Shown here: positions 50,068-58,969 of the stretch, one piece after another
Layout: every line of letters begins with the position of its first letter
Position numbering within the stretch: position 1 is the stretch's first letter
DNA from: Methanobacteriota archaeon
Lineage (GTDB): Archaea; JAADCQ01; Methanopyri; Methanopyrales; Methanopyraceae
DNA: 64,000 nt
NCBI GenBank assembly: GCA_027064425.1
Contig: JAMOPO010000057.1
Span: 96,001 to 160,000 of the forward strand
Direction of reading: 5' to 3'
Translations under genes and position numbers: made by a program
Notes under the pieces: generated by a model
Databases searched by the model: none
Told to the model about the DNA's origin: nothing
The model's input: the letters and a program-made list of their open reading frames with translations, nothing else

Positions 50068-50307
50068 CTAGCGGCCCTCCTCCGCGGCGAGCCCCAGCAC
50101 GACCTCCAGGAAGGCCCGCTGGACGTCCTCCTTCTCCACGTACCTCTTTCCTCGCGCCGAGGCCAGCTCGCCCGCCCGCTCCCCGATCCGCTCCGCGAGC
50201 CGCTGCACGCTGTCACGCAGGGCGACGGACGCCCGCTGGCTGACCCTCATCCCCTTTCCCGCCGCCCGCAGCTTGCGATCGAACGGCGCCACCGGCAGCT
50301 CCGACAC
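50068..50307 (-). CDS. Archaeal histone-fold protein (variant), 79 aa
   Basis: MSELPVAPFDR.LR.AG..RVS..A...L......I...A.ELA...GKR.V..EDV..A aligns with the HMf pattern; GTG start after GGGGAG. Confidence 0.85.
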   Translation of the reverse strand: MSELPVAPFDRKLRAAGKGMRVSQRASVALRDSVQRLAERIGERAGELASARGKRYVEKEDVQRAFLEVVLGLAAEEGR

Positions 50308-50335
50308 GCTCCCCGACCCCCTCGGGGAGCGGGCC

Positions 50336-51118
50336 TTGACCGAGGTAAAAGTGTTGAAAGAGCCCACGCCCGAGGAGCTAAAGCCGCTGGCCGAGGACCT
50401 CGGCAAGCGACCCGTCCTGATCGCCGGGATCTGCGAGGCGGAGTACCGGGGGCGGGCCGAGTCCCGGGCCGGCCCCGCCCTCCGGCTGGCCATCTGCAAG
50501 CCGGACGGCACCTTCCTGCTGCACAACGCCCTGGAGAAGCGCGAGCCGACCAACTGGAACCCCGCCCCGTCCCGCCAGTCCCTCGAGGTGAGGGACGACC
50601 TCGTCATCCTCCGCTCCCGCCGCCTCGACGTGAGAGAGGAGGTGATCGTGTACTTTCACCGGGTCCTGCTCGCCTGCTCCCTGCCCAAGGAAGGGGCCAG
50701 GAGCGAGGAGTCCGTGTTCTCGCTGTTCAAGTCCGAGGACGACATGAAGCGCGTCATCTGGGAGAATCCGGACGTCATCGAGCCCGGCTTCAAGCCGGTC
50801 AGGGAGGAGGTCGAGTGCCGGGCCGGCATCGCCGACATGATCGGGTACGACGCCGACGGACGCCTCGTGGTCCTCGAGCTCAAGCGGGCCCGGGCCAGCG
50901 TCGACGCCGCCTCCCAGCTCCGCCGGTACGTGGAGGCCTTCCGTGAGGAGCGGGGGGAGGAGGTGCGAGGCATCCTGGTCGCCCCGTCCATCACCGACGG
51001 CTGCCGGCGCCTCCTGGAAAAGTACGGGCTGGAGTGGCGGCAGCTCGAACCCAAAGCCGCGGACCGAGACGGAAAGGGGGACGGCCAGCGCACGCTCACC
51101 GAGTTCCTGGGGGACTGA
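50336..51118 (+). CDS. nucS: Endonuclease NucS/EndoMS
   Basis: CEAEYRGRA.S, KPDGTFLLH, P.NW, SEDDM, ELKR, QLRRYV, RGILVAPSIT; TTG start. Confidence 0.93.
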   Translation: MTEVKVLKEPTPEELKPLAEDLGKRPVLIAGICEAEYRGRAESRAGPALRLAICKPDGTFLLHNALEKREPTNWNPAPSRQSLEVRDDLVILRSRRLDVREEVIVYFHRVLLACSLPKEGARSEESVFSLFKSEDDMKRVIWENPDVIEPGFKPVREEVECRAGIADMIGYDADGRLVVLELKRARASVDAASQLRRYVEAFREERGEEVRGILVAPSITDGCRRLLEKYGLEWRQLEPKAADRDGKGDGQRTLTEFLGD

Positions 51119-51120
51119 GC

Positions 51121-51771
51121 TTGGTTCGCGTCAAGATCTGCGGGATCACCCGTCCCGAGGACGCGCAGACCGCGGAGGAGGCCGGGGCAGACGCGGTCGG
51201 GTGCGTGACCGAGGTCCCCGTACCGAGCCCGCGCTCCGTGGGCGCTGAAACCGCAAACGAGATTCTTTCCACAGTGTCCCCCTTCGTTTCCAAAGTGACG
51301 GTAGTGATGGACGACCTGGGAGTGCTCGAGCGCGTCGAAGAGGCCACCGTCGCTCAGCTTCACGGGACGGAAAGCCCGGAGGACTGCGAGCGGGCGAGGG
51401 AGCTCGGGTACGAGGTCGTCAAGACGCTGTGGGTCGACGCGTCCGGGCGCCTGTGGCTGGGAGACGACCGAGTCGACGACGAGACCCTGTCCAAGTACCT
51501 GGAGGTCGTGGACGCCCTCCTTCTGGACACCAGGTCCGAGGAGGGTGGAGGCAGCGGACGCACCCACGACTGGTCGGCCTCGGCCGAGATCGTCGAGCGG
51601 GTGGACGTCCCGGTGATCCTCGCCGGCGGGCTGAACCCGGAGAACGTCGAGCGGGCTGTCAGGGAGGTGCGTCCCCACGCCGTCGACACCTCCTCCGGCG
51701 TCGAGCGGGAGCCGGGCGTCAAGGACCCCGAGGCCGTGCGAGAGTTCGTGCGCCGCGCCAAGCACGCGTGA
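51121..51771 (+). CDS. trpF: Phosphoribosylanthranilate isomerase
   Basis: VKICGIT, SPRSV, QLHG.E, GGSGRTHDW, LAGGLNPENV, VDTSSGVE. Confidence 0.95.
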   Translation: MVRVKICGITRPEDAQTAEEAGADAVGCVTEVPVPSPRSVGAETANEILSTVSPFVSKVTVVMDDLGVLERVEEATVAQLHGTESPEDCERARELGYEVVKTLWVDASGRLWLGDDRVDDETLSKYLEVVDALLLDTRSEEGGGSGRTHDWSASAEIVERVDVPVILAGGLNPENVERAVREVRPHAVDTSSGVEREPGVKDPEAVREFVRRAKHA

Positions 51772-54700
51772 TCACCAGCCGGTCGTCCACCCAACCCTCT
51801 CCCGCCGACCAGCCCGCGCCCACGCCCCCAGCCCGATCGCCAGCCCGACCAGGACCAGCAGCAGTAGACGCTGCAGCCACGCCGGCACCGGGGAGCCCGA
51901 GGTGGGCGAGCCCTGCCGAGTGAAGGATACGGCGGGGGTTCTACCCCCGGAGCGCCCGGTCCCGGAGGACGGTCTCGAGATTCCCTCGGCGGACACGACG
52001 CCCGAGGCGGCGATCGACCTCGAAAGTTCCCCGCCGCGGAGCGAGATCGAGGCCGCCGCACGCACCCTACCGGCGCCCATCACGGTGGAGCCCGCCGCGG
52101 CGGGCCGGATCACCTGAGCGCCGGCGGCGCGCGGCTGGGGCGATGGCGGCGAGATCCGGGGCGCGTGGGGCCGGTTGGCCGCGGTGATATCCCTAGAGGT
52201 GGTGCGGGCCGTCCGAGCGACCCGCGTGACCCGCGTCAGGGCTCGGGCGATTGAGGCGGTCACCGTGACGGCGCTCGTGACCAGTCGGCCGACGACGGTG
52301 CCGCCGTTGAGTGCCGTGGATGCGGCGGTGGGCTGGGTGACCGCGCCGGTGACCGTTCCCGGGACGGCGCCCGTCGGGCCGCGGGTTACGCCGGCCGGGG
52401 TCGCCCGGCTCACGGGGGGAGGGACCGGAACGGGTCTCGCCGGTGTGAGCGCCGTGGGCGTCGGTGACGGTCGGCCGGTGGGGGCCGGTTTGGTCGCGAT
52501 GATGCCCGCGGAGAACGGGTTGGGCAGGAACGCTCCGACCGGGCTGACCAGGGAGGTCACGGACCTCAGGACCGGGTTGGCGGCCTCCTCGAAGCACCCG
52601 CACCAGCCGTACTCCCGGACCAGGCGCGCGTACAGCTCGAGGGAGCGTGAGAGTACCGCGTTCTTCGCCTCCTCGACCCACCGCCCCACGCGGCTCAGCT
52701 CACCTCTCCACACCATGACCAGGGCGTGGTACGTCCGGCGGAGCAGGGTCTCACCCGACTGGTAGTACAGGTGGAAGACTCGGGCGACGATCGCCTCCAG
52801 GGCGTACGGGTTAACCCGCTCCAGGCGGTCAACGACCTCACGGTCGAGCACGAGCCGCCGCGTGACCTCGTAAAGGAGCTGGCCCAGGGCGCCCGCGAGC
52901 GCCTCCTCGGTCGGGGTCCCGGGGGACTCGACGGCGGGCCAGAGAGCGGCGATTAGGCCCAGCAGTCGTGACACCCGCTCGAACAGCGCGCTGGCCTGCC
53001 CCGGGGAGCTGAGCGACAGGATCCAGCCTCGGTCCAGGAGCAGCGAGTGGAACTCCCGCAGCAGCTCCGCGTGGAGCGGGACGAGCTCCATCGTGGTTAA
53101 GTCGAGGAGTCGGAGGTCCAGGCACGAGCCCCTCACCGCGCGGCTGAGGGCGCAGCAGGCGACGCCGAACTCCAGAACGTCCTCGGCGAGAGCTCCCCAG
53201 ATCCGGTCGGTCTCCGGCTTCACGATCTGGTCGACCAGGAGGAGCTCCAGCTCGAACATTCTCGGGTCCGAGACAGGACCCTCGGGCAGCAGGACCCGAC
53301 CCAGCTTGGCGGGCAGGGAGGAGACGAACTGCCCCCATTCACGGAGCTCGAGCCGCTCGGCGAGCGCCCGGACGCCGGTCGTGTAGTCCGCTGGGCAGTA
53401 CAGGGCCGCGGCGGCGCGCCTGGCGGCCTCCTCTACCGGGAGTCCCTCCACCTGCACGCCGTACAGGAACTTCACGGCCCACGCCTCGTACCAGAGCGGG
53501 TCCGGGTTGAAGTCGGGTGACGTGAGCAGCTCGATCGGGATCCTGCGGTACCACTCTCTCAGGACCTCCAGCCCGCGATGGAGCAGGCTCGGGTCAACGT
53601 GGATTTGCTCCAGCGCGGCCCGGAGCTCGGGATCCCGACACTCGGCCCTCAACCGCTCCAGGAGCCGCTCCAGCTCGACCGCCGGGCACCGGGTGGAGGC
53701 CCTCAGCACGCACGCCAGGTGCGCCTTGAACAGCGCGAGCCCCGGACGGCACCGGACGAAGATGGCCTCAAGCCCCTGACAAACTAGGACCGGAACGTAA
53801 GGTGGGGAGCCCGAGAGCACGTACCCGGAGACGCCCTTCCTAAGCCCGGTGGACCGCAGCAGGTAGGCCAAGGAGACGCCCCGGTCGTTGATTAGGTCCG
53901 TGGCGGAGAGGATGAAGAGCGTGGGCAGCTTCGGCGGCCGCAGGTTCTCGGCGACGTGCCAGGCCGCTTCGGTGGGGAGCTCGTCTGGGTTCAGGACGTA
54001 CAGCATCCGACCGGTGGGCAGAACGGAGGGGTCTAGGGTCGGGTCACCGGGCGGTCCGGTGGGGATCCGTCGGCCGTCGAGCACCCGGAGCAGGTCCTCG
54101 ATCTCCAGTCGGGCGGACTCGACCACGAGCCGTCGGATCCGCTCCGCCTCGTGGTAAAGATCGGGGTAAGCCGACCGCAGCTCGTCCGGGTGAGACACCA
54201 GGCGATCCCACTCACGCCAGAGCTCGTTCAGCAGTCGGAGGGCCCGATCGGGCTGCCCGTAGATCATCCGGTTCAGGTCCTCTAGGCTCATTCCGCGGCG
54301 CTCGAGCGCCCGCTTCAGGAACTCACGGAAGAGCACGGCTCGCACGTAGGCCCGCACCTCCTCCGAGGTCACGAGGCCGTATACGTGCAGTGAGCGGGCG
54401 AGACTCGCCGGCACCGGGCGCTCACCGTGACTCTGCATCGCGTGCAGGTAGAGGTGTAGCAGGTTTACCAGCCGCCCGAACCCCTCCTCCGTCCGCGCCA
54501 TCCGGACCACGTCGTCCCACCTGAGCCCCATCCACTCGTACAGTCCGGTGATCCGGAGCGTCTCCAGGATAAGCGGGCGCAGCCGATCCGCGAGCTTGGG
54601 GTCACCGGACTGGAACCAGTGAAAGCACTCGTGCAGCGCCTCCACGAGCGTCCGCAGGTAGAACTCCGTCGCGGTCTCCGGGGGTGGCGGCAAGTACCCG

Positions 54701-56127
54701 ATGACTACCGCGCTCGTCCTCCACTTGACGTTCAGCAGCTCTCCGCTCGTCACGCACCACAGGTACACGTGCGGGACGTCGCCCAGCAGCACCGTCGGGA
54801 AGTCCACGTGGGAGAGCAGCGTCCGACGCAGCGGCAACCACTCCAGCGTTCCGTGCGTGCCCACGTGGACGACGACGTCGACCGTCCGCTTCAGCCACAG
54901 GTACACGGCCAGGTAGTAGTGAGGCGGCGGGAGTAGCAGTGAGTGGTACACGACCGCCGACTCGAGTGAGCCCCAGAGCCAGCCGCGCGGGGGCTGGGGC
55001 AGCAGGAGCACCTTCCCGAGCTTCAGACCCGGGACCACGAAGTGCCCATCGACGACCATCACATCGCCCGGTGGGGGACCCCAACCAAAGAGTCCAGTCC
55101 GGTACCCCAGCAGCCGCTCGAACTCCCGACCGGCTTTCAGCGCCCGCTCGAACTCCCGCCGGAGCTCTGACACGCTGGCGCGGCCGGATGCGTACTCCAC
55201 CAACCCCTCCACCAGCCGGGAGAGCGCCCTCAGCGCCTCCTCCCTGGCCCTCGAAACGTCCCCCGAGCCGCCGGTGTTGAAACCGGCCGGGGCCACGGAA
55301 GACAGCAGGCGCTCCGCCTCCCGCAGCAGGGTCTGAAGCGAGCGCTTCAGCGTCTCCAGTTCCCGCTCGCCTAACGGGGGTTTGAGGAGCCGGGCGTACC
55401 CGTAAAGGAGCCCGGGCAGGCCGTCCTCCACGTACAACCGGACGACCTCGGGCAGCCTCGCGTACCAGCGCTCGTACGTGCTGACGGGAATCAGCGCGAG
55501 GTAGGCGTGGTGCTCGTACATCCTGCGCAGCCGCTCCTCGTCCCACCATCCCACGTTGATCCCGTAGCTCCAGATCAAGCGGGCGAGTTCACCCTCCAGC
55601 CTCTTCACCAGCCGGGCCGCCTCGTCCCACCGACCCTGCCGCTCGAGCCGGGCGATCTCGAGCAGCTCCCGGTCCCAGGGCGTCCTGACGTCGTAACCCG
55701 CGGCCCTGAGGTTGGCCAGGATGTTGACGAGTGATCCGAACACGTCCAATCCGGAAGCCGTGATGGACTCTCGGCCGGGCGGCCAGTCGTAATAAATCAG
55801 CGCGACGATCTTCTCGCGGTTGGGCTTCTTCGCCAGCTCCCTCCAGCGCTCCTCGAGCCTTCGAACTATGGCCTGGTTCTCGGGGTAGGGGTGACCCGCC
55901 AGCCGAGTGGGCGGTGTGACGATGGCCCCTTCAGCGTCCGGGAGCACGACCTCGCGGAAGAAGGTGGGAGTCGGGTACCCCAGCGGGTCCGCCCGGTACT
56001 CCACCGGCGGCACTCCCGCGTCGGGCTCGTGAAACGGCAGCTGCGGCGCGTCGGCCGCCGCGGGCTGCAGCGCGAGGAGTAGGGCGATCAGCAGCCGCCA
56101 CCTCCCCCCGGCGGCCGGGGTCCTCAC
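51772..56127 (-). CDS. Exported, membrane-anchored CobN/BchH chelatase homolog (degenerate C-terminal half)
   Basis: Signal peptide (LLIALLLALQPAAA); CobN motifs N.EK.VALIYY..PPG, LDVFGSL, WGPPPG, PQPPRG, PPPHYYLA.Y.WL, HVGTHGTLEWLP, LPTGR; Pro/Thr-rich linker, TM, basic tail. Confidence 0.82.
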   Translation of the reverse strand: MRTPAAGGRWRLLIALLLALQPAAADAPQLPFHEPDAGVPPVEYRADPLGYPTPTFFREVVLPDAEGAIVTPPTRLAGHPYPENQAIVRRLEERWRELAKKPNREKIVALIYYDWPPGRESITASGLDVFGSLVNILANLRAAGYDVRTPWDRELLEIARLERQGRWDEAARLVKRLEGELARLIWSYGINVGWWDEERLRRMYEHHAYLALIPVSTYERWYARLPEVVRLYVEDGLPGLLYGYARLLKPPLGERELETLKRSLQTLLREAERLLSSVAPAGFNTGGSGDVSRAREEALRALSRLVEGLVEYASGRASVSELRREFERALKAGREFERLLGYRTGLFGWGPPPGDVMVVDGHFVVPGLKLGKVLLLPQPPRGWLWGSLESAVVYHSLLLPPPHYYLAVYLWLKRTVDVVVHVGTHGTLEWLPLRRTLLSHVDFPTVLLGDVPHVYLWCVTSGELLNVKWRTSAVVIGYLPPPPETATEFYLRTLVEALHECFHWFQSGDPKLADRLRPLILETLRITGLYEWMGLRWDDVVRMARTEEGFGRLVNLLHLYLHAMQSHGERPVPASLARSLHVYGLVTSEEVRAYVRAVLFREFLKRALERRGMSLEDLNRMIYGQPDRALRLLNELWREWDRLVSHPDELRSAYPDLYHEAERIRRLVVESARLEIEDLLRVLDGRRIPTGPPGDPTLDPSVLPTGRMLYVLNPDELPTEAAWHVAENLRPPKLPTLFILSATDLINDRGVSLAYLLRSTGLRKGVSGYVLSGSPPYVPVLVCQGLEAIFVRCRPGLALFKAHLACVLRASTRCPAVELERLLERLRAECRDPELRAALEQIHVDPSLLHRGLEVLREWYRRIPIELLTSPDFNPDPLWYEAWAVKFLYGVQVEGLPVEEAARRAAAALYCPADYTTGVRALAERLELREWGQFVSSLPAKLGRVLLPEGPVSDPRMFELELLLVDQIVKPETDRIWGALAEDVLEFGVACCALSRAVRGSCLDLRLLDLTTMELVPLHAELLREFHSLLLDRGWILSLSSPGQASALFERVSRLLGLIAALWPAVESPGTPTEEALAGALGQLLYEVTRRLVLDREVVDRLERVNPYALEAIVARVFHLYYQSGETLLRRTYHALVMVWRGELSRVGRWVEEAKNAVLSRSLELYARLVREYGWCGCFEEAANPVLRSVTSLVSPVGAFLPNPFSAGIIATKPAPTGRPSPTPTALTPARPVPVPPPVSRATPAGVTRGPTGAVPGTVTGAVTQPTAASTALNGGTVVGRLVTSAVTVTASIARALTRVTRVARTARTTSRDITAANRPHAPRISPPSPQPRAAGAQVIRPAAAGSTVMGAGRVRAAASISLRGGELSRSIAASGVVSAEGISRPSSGTGRSGGRTPAVSFTRQGSPTSGSPVPAWLQRLLLLVLVGLAIGLGAWARAGRRERVGWTTGW

Positions 56128-56236
56128 CCCGCCACGTTAGGTTCCAATAAGACCGATCCCGGAACCCTTTTAGTGCGCATCGGTAACAACATCTGGGTGG
56201 GAGTTAGTACTACGCGGTACGTTGGGGGCCTCGTTA

Positions 56237-57631
56237 GTGAGAATAGTAATACCCACCCTGCTCGGGTTGCTGGTGGCGCTCGGTGGCGCCTCCGCGGGGC
56301 TCCAGGAGTGCAAGCAGGCCTACTTGGATGCCGCTAAAATCGAGGAGTACGGTGGCAAGCTTCGGGAGGCGCTCAACACCATTGGCGGCTTCCAGCCACC
56401 GTGCGGGCTGAAGGTGGTTCCGACGGCGTACCCGTACATGGCGCTCAAGGATGACAAGAGCGCGATCCAGACGGTGTTCGAGGGGACCGACGTCGCGGAG
56501 TCCGGCTCGTGGACGGAGGTGGGACCGGGCGACTTCCGGGCGCTGATCTACGGGATCCACGAGCTGAGTGAGAACTGGTTCAAGCGCGTCAGCACCGTGG
56601 TCGACCTGGCTCAGGAGCCGGCCAAGTGGGCGCTGAAGGTGCACGAGGAGACGCACGCGTGGGAGGGAGCCGTGGAGAAGGTGGGCGAGACGTGGGACGC
56701 GTGGGAGCAGCACAAGGGCTCCGATGACCTGAAGACGGCCATCGCATCCCGGACGCTGGCGGTGCTGGGCCTGGTCGTGTCCGAGAACTGGCGGGCGATC
56801 TTCAACGAGGCGAACAAGGCCGCGCACATCGCCGCCAACGTCGGGAAGGTGGAGATTCCGGCGGGCGTATACGGTAACGACAACCCGATCGAGTTGGACT
56901 TCAGCAAGTGCGAGACGCCGGGAGACGTGACCGGCGTGATTAAGGGCCTGATCAAGGCGGTCTTCGGCGACGACCAGCTGACGCCGGCGCGGGTGATCGC
57001 GCTCATCGACAGGGAGGCGGAGCACTTCGGACTGGGTAGCAACTTCGTCGAGACGTACCTGGAGGGTGGGCAGTACGAGCCGCACCCGGGCGGGTTCACT
57101 AAGGACGAGATGAAGCAGGTGATCGAGCTGTTCAAGCAGGGCAAGGACGTCTACGGTCAGCCGCTCTCTGAGGACGCGCTGGCGTTCGCGGTGCTGTTCA
57201 GCATCGAGAACGTGTGGGCAACGTACGAGGAGTACGTGCACCAGTACGGCCACTTCTTCCCGCCCGCGGCCGACGACGCCAAGCTGGCACGCGATAAGAT
57301 CCAGGAGGCGGTGAGCGACCTGGTGTCCGTACTGGACAAGCTGAACGCGTGGGCGGACGTAGGCATCACGAAGGTTAAGCTGAAGTCCAACCCGATCGAG
57401 TGCGCGCCGGCGGTGAAGGACTGGGCGGTAGGCCAGCTGTTCGGTGCGGTGGGGCAGCTACAGCAGAAGGTCAGCGAGCTCGAGAGCAAGGTCAGCGAGC
57501 TCGAAAAGAAGGGGGCCGGCAAGGGGACCGGCAAGGGCGAGACAGGGAAGGGTGGTAAGGGCGTGCCGGTGAACCCGCTGGTCGCGCTGGCCGGACTGGT
57601 GACGGTCCTGGTCGCGCTCCGGCGGCGCTAA
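56237..57631 (+). CDS. Exported protein of unknown function with coiled coil, G/K linker and GVPVNP-TM-RRR tail
   Basis: Signal peptide ending ASA; KVSELESKVSELEKK; GVPVNPLVALAGLVTVLVALRRR. Confidence 0.8.
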   Translation: MRIVIPTLLGLLVALGGASAGLQECKQAYLDAAKIEEYGGKLREALNTIGGFQPPCGLKVVPTAYPYMALKDDKSAIQTVFEGTDVAESGSWTEVGPGDFRALIYGIHELSENWFKRVSTVVDLAQEPAKWALKVHEETHAWEGAVEKVGETWDAWEQHKGSDDLKTAIASRTLAVLGLVVSENWRAIFNEANKAAHIAANVGKVEIPAGVYGNDNPIELDFSKCETPGDVTGVIKGLIKAVFGDDQLTPARVIALIDREAEHFGLGSNFVETYLEGGQYEPHPGGFTKDEMKQVIELFKQGKDVYGQPLSEDALAFAVLFSIENVWATYEEYVHQYGHFFPPAADDAKLARDKIQEAVSDLVSVLDKLNAWADVGITKVKLKSNPIECAPAVKDWAVGQLFGAVGQLQQKVSELESKVSELEKKGAGKGTGKGETGKGGKGVPVNPLVALAGLVTVLVALRRR

Positions 57632-57675
57632 CGCTCCTCCTCACTCTTTCCTTACCCACCTGTCCCGCCCTCCCT
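57632..57675 (+). terminator. Pyrimidine-rich tract; possible terminator/attenuator
   Basis: CTCCTCCTCACTCTTTCCTTACCC directly after the stop. Confidence 0.4.
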
Positions 57676-57697
57676 AGGTCCTCTCGGGGGTGGTCGA

Positions 57698-58897
57698 TTG
57701 AGGTGGTGGCTAATTCTCGTGCTAGGGGCGCTTCTAGCCGCTGCGCCCGCCCGGGCGGACCTGGCTGACCAGGTGCGGGATCGGTGCGTTAAGGCGACCC
57801 AGTGGCTGATCGAGCATCAGCGCCCGGACGGCGGTTGGCTCTACGAGGGCACAAACAAGTCCTCGAGCATGGACACCGGCGTGGTCCTGCTGGGACTCTC
57901 CGAGTTTTACAACCGAGCGCCGGAGAATCTGAAGCCAAGAATCAAGGAGGCCGTGGACCGAGGCGTCTCATACGTCTTGAAGTGCTGGGACTCGAACCGG
58001 AAGATGTTCTGGGATTACCCGGGGCAGAGTGAGCACGAGGACTGGCTGCCGATGTACACGGTGCACGCGCTCATGGGGCTGATCGCGGTCGAGAAGCACT
58101 TCCCAGACATCGCCAAGAAGTACAACGTCGACCGGTACGTGACGGAGGCACTGGAGAGGCTGATGAGCCTGCAGCGGCCCGACGGGACGTGGGCCAACTT
58201 CGGCCCGGGCTCCTGGCAGGACCCGTACCGGTGCACGCCGATCGTGGTCTGGCTGGCGGAGTGGTCGGGCAAGTACAAGCCCAGCGACCCGCGCGTCAAG
58301 AGGGCGTTGGAGTGGATCGAGGGGATCCTGACGAGGTCGCCCCTGGGCGGCCTGATCTCGCGGGGGGTCAAGATCGACTTCACCGCGTGGGACCTGCTGG
58401 CGTTTTACTACTCCGGCGATCGGTACTACCGGAGCTTCGTGCCGAAGCTGCAGCAGGGACTGTTGGGATTCCAGAGGAAGGATGGTGCGTTCGCCGCGCA
58501 CACCTCGGTGAATGACACGGTGTACGGCCCGAACGGCACGGCGGCGCCCTGCCCGCACAAGACGGCCCGGGTGCTCTTCGCCCTAATGAAGACGGGGATG
58601 GACCCGTTCGGCGACCGGATCAAGCGGGCCGTGGAGTTCCTGCTGAACACCAAGAGCCAGGACCCGGACGGGTCGTGGTTCTGGCCCACGATGGATAATC
58701 CGAGCAAGCCGCAGGAGGTGGCCTGCCGGGCGTACTCCACGGGCTGGTGCCTGGCGGCGCTGGCGGCGTGGCTGGAGAAGGCGCAGCGGAGCCAGCAGGG
58801 CATCCAGCGAGGGGGTAAGAGACCTAGGGTGCCGGTCAGCCCGGCGATCACACTGGTTGGGCTGATAGCCGCCCTGATTGCGCCCAGGCGGTTCTAG
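57698..58897 (+). CDS. Exported prenyltransferase/squalene-cyclase-repeat (alpha/alpha barrel) protein with VPVSP-TM tail
   Basis: QW-type repeats WLIEHQRPDGGW, LMSLQRPDGTW, LLGFQRKDGAF, SQDPDGSW; signal peptide; RVPVSPAITLVGLIAALIAPRRF; no DxDD motif. Confidence 0.85.
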   Translation: MRWWLILVLGALLAAAPARADLADQVRDRCVKATQWLIEHQRPDGGWLYEGTNKSSSMDTGVVLLGLSEFYNRAPENLKPRIKEAVDRGVSYVLKCWDSNRKMFWDYPGQSEHEDWLPMYTVHALMGLIAVEKHFPDIAKKYNVDRYVTEALERLMSLQRPDGTWANFGPGSWQDPYRCTPIVVWLAEWSGKYKPSDPRVKRALEWIEGILTRSPLGGLISRGVKIDFTAWDLLAFYYSGDRYYRSFVPKLQQGLLGFQRKDGAFAAHTSVNDTVYGPNGTAAPCPHKTARVLFALMKTGMDPFGDRIKRAVEFLLNTKSQDPDGSWFWPTMDNPSKPQEVACRAYSTGWCLAALAAWLEKAQRSQQGIQRGGKRPRVPVSPAITLVGLIAALIAPRRF

Positions 58898-58911
58898 GTG
58901 CGGTTCTAGGT
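58888..58911 (+). repeat. 12-bp tandem duplication GCGGTTCTAGGT x2 spanning the stop codon
   Basis: Exact direct repeat visible in the sequence. Confidence 0.85.
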
Positions 58912-58925
58912 CCCTGCCCGTTCTC

Positions 58926-58955
58926 CCGCGGATCGTTACGATTTTCAAAACATTC
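58926..58955 (+). repeat. Copy 2 of the dispersed ~30-bp motif
   Basis: CCGCGGATCGTTACGATTTTCAAAACATTC versus CCGCGAATCGTTACAGAGTTCAAAACGTTC at 47044. Confidence 0.6.
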
Positions 58956-58969
58956 TCCCTGGCTCCGGA

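Noticed and set aside
57698-58897. Functional squalene-hopene cyclase
   Set aside because: Single barrel, exported, and no DxDD catalytic motif
47042-58955. Integrated element at tRNA-Ala
   Set aside because: No integrase, no duplicated tRNA 3' end, and the interval holds core genes (cpgS, nucS, trpF)
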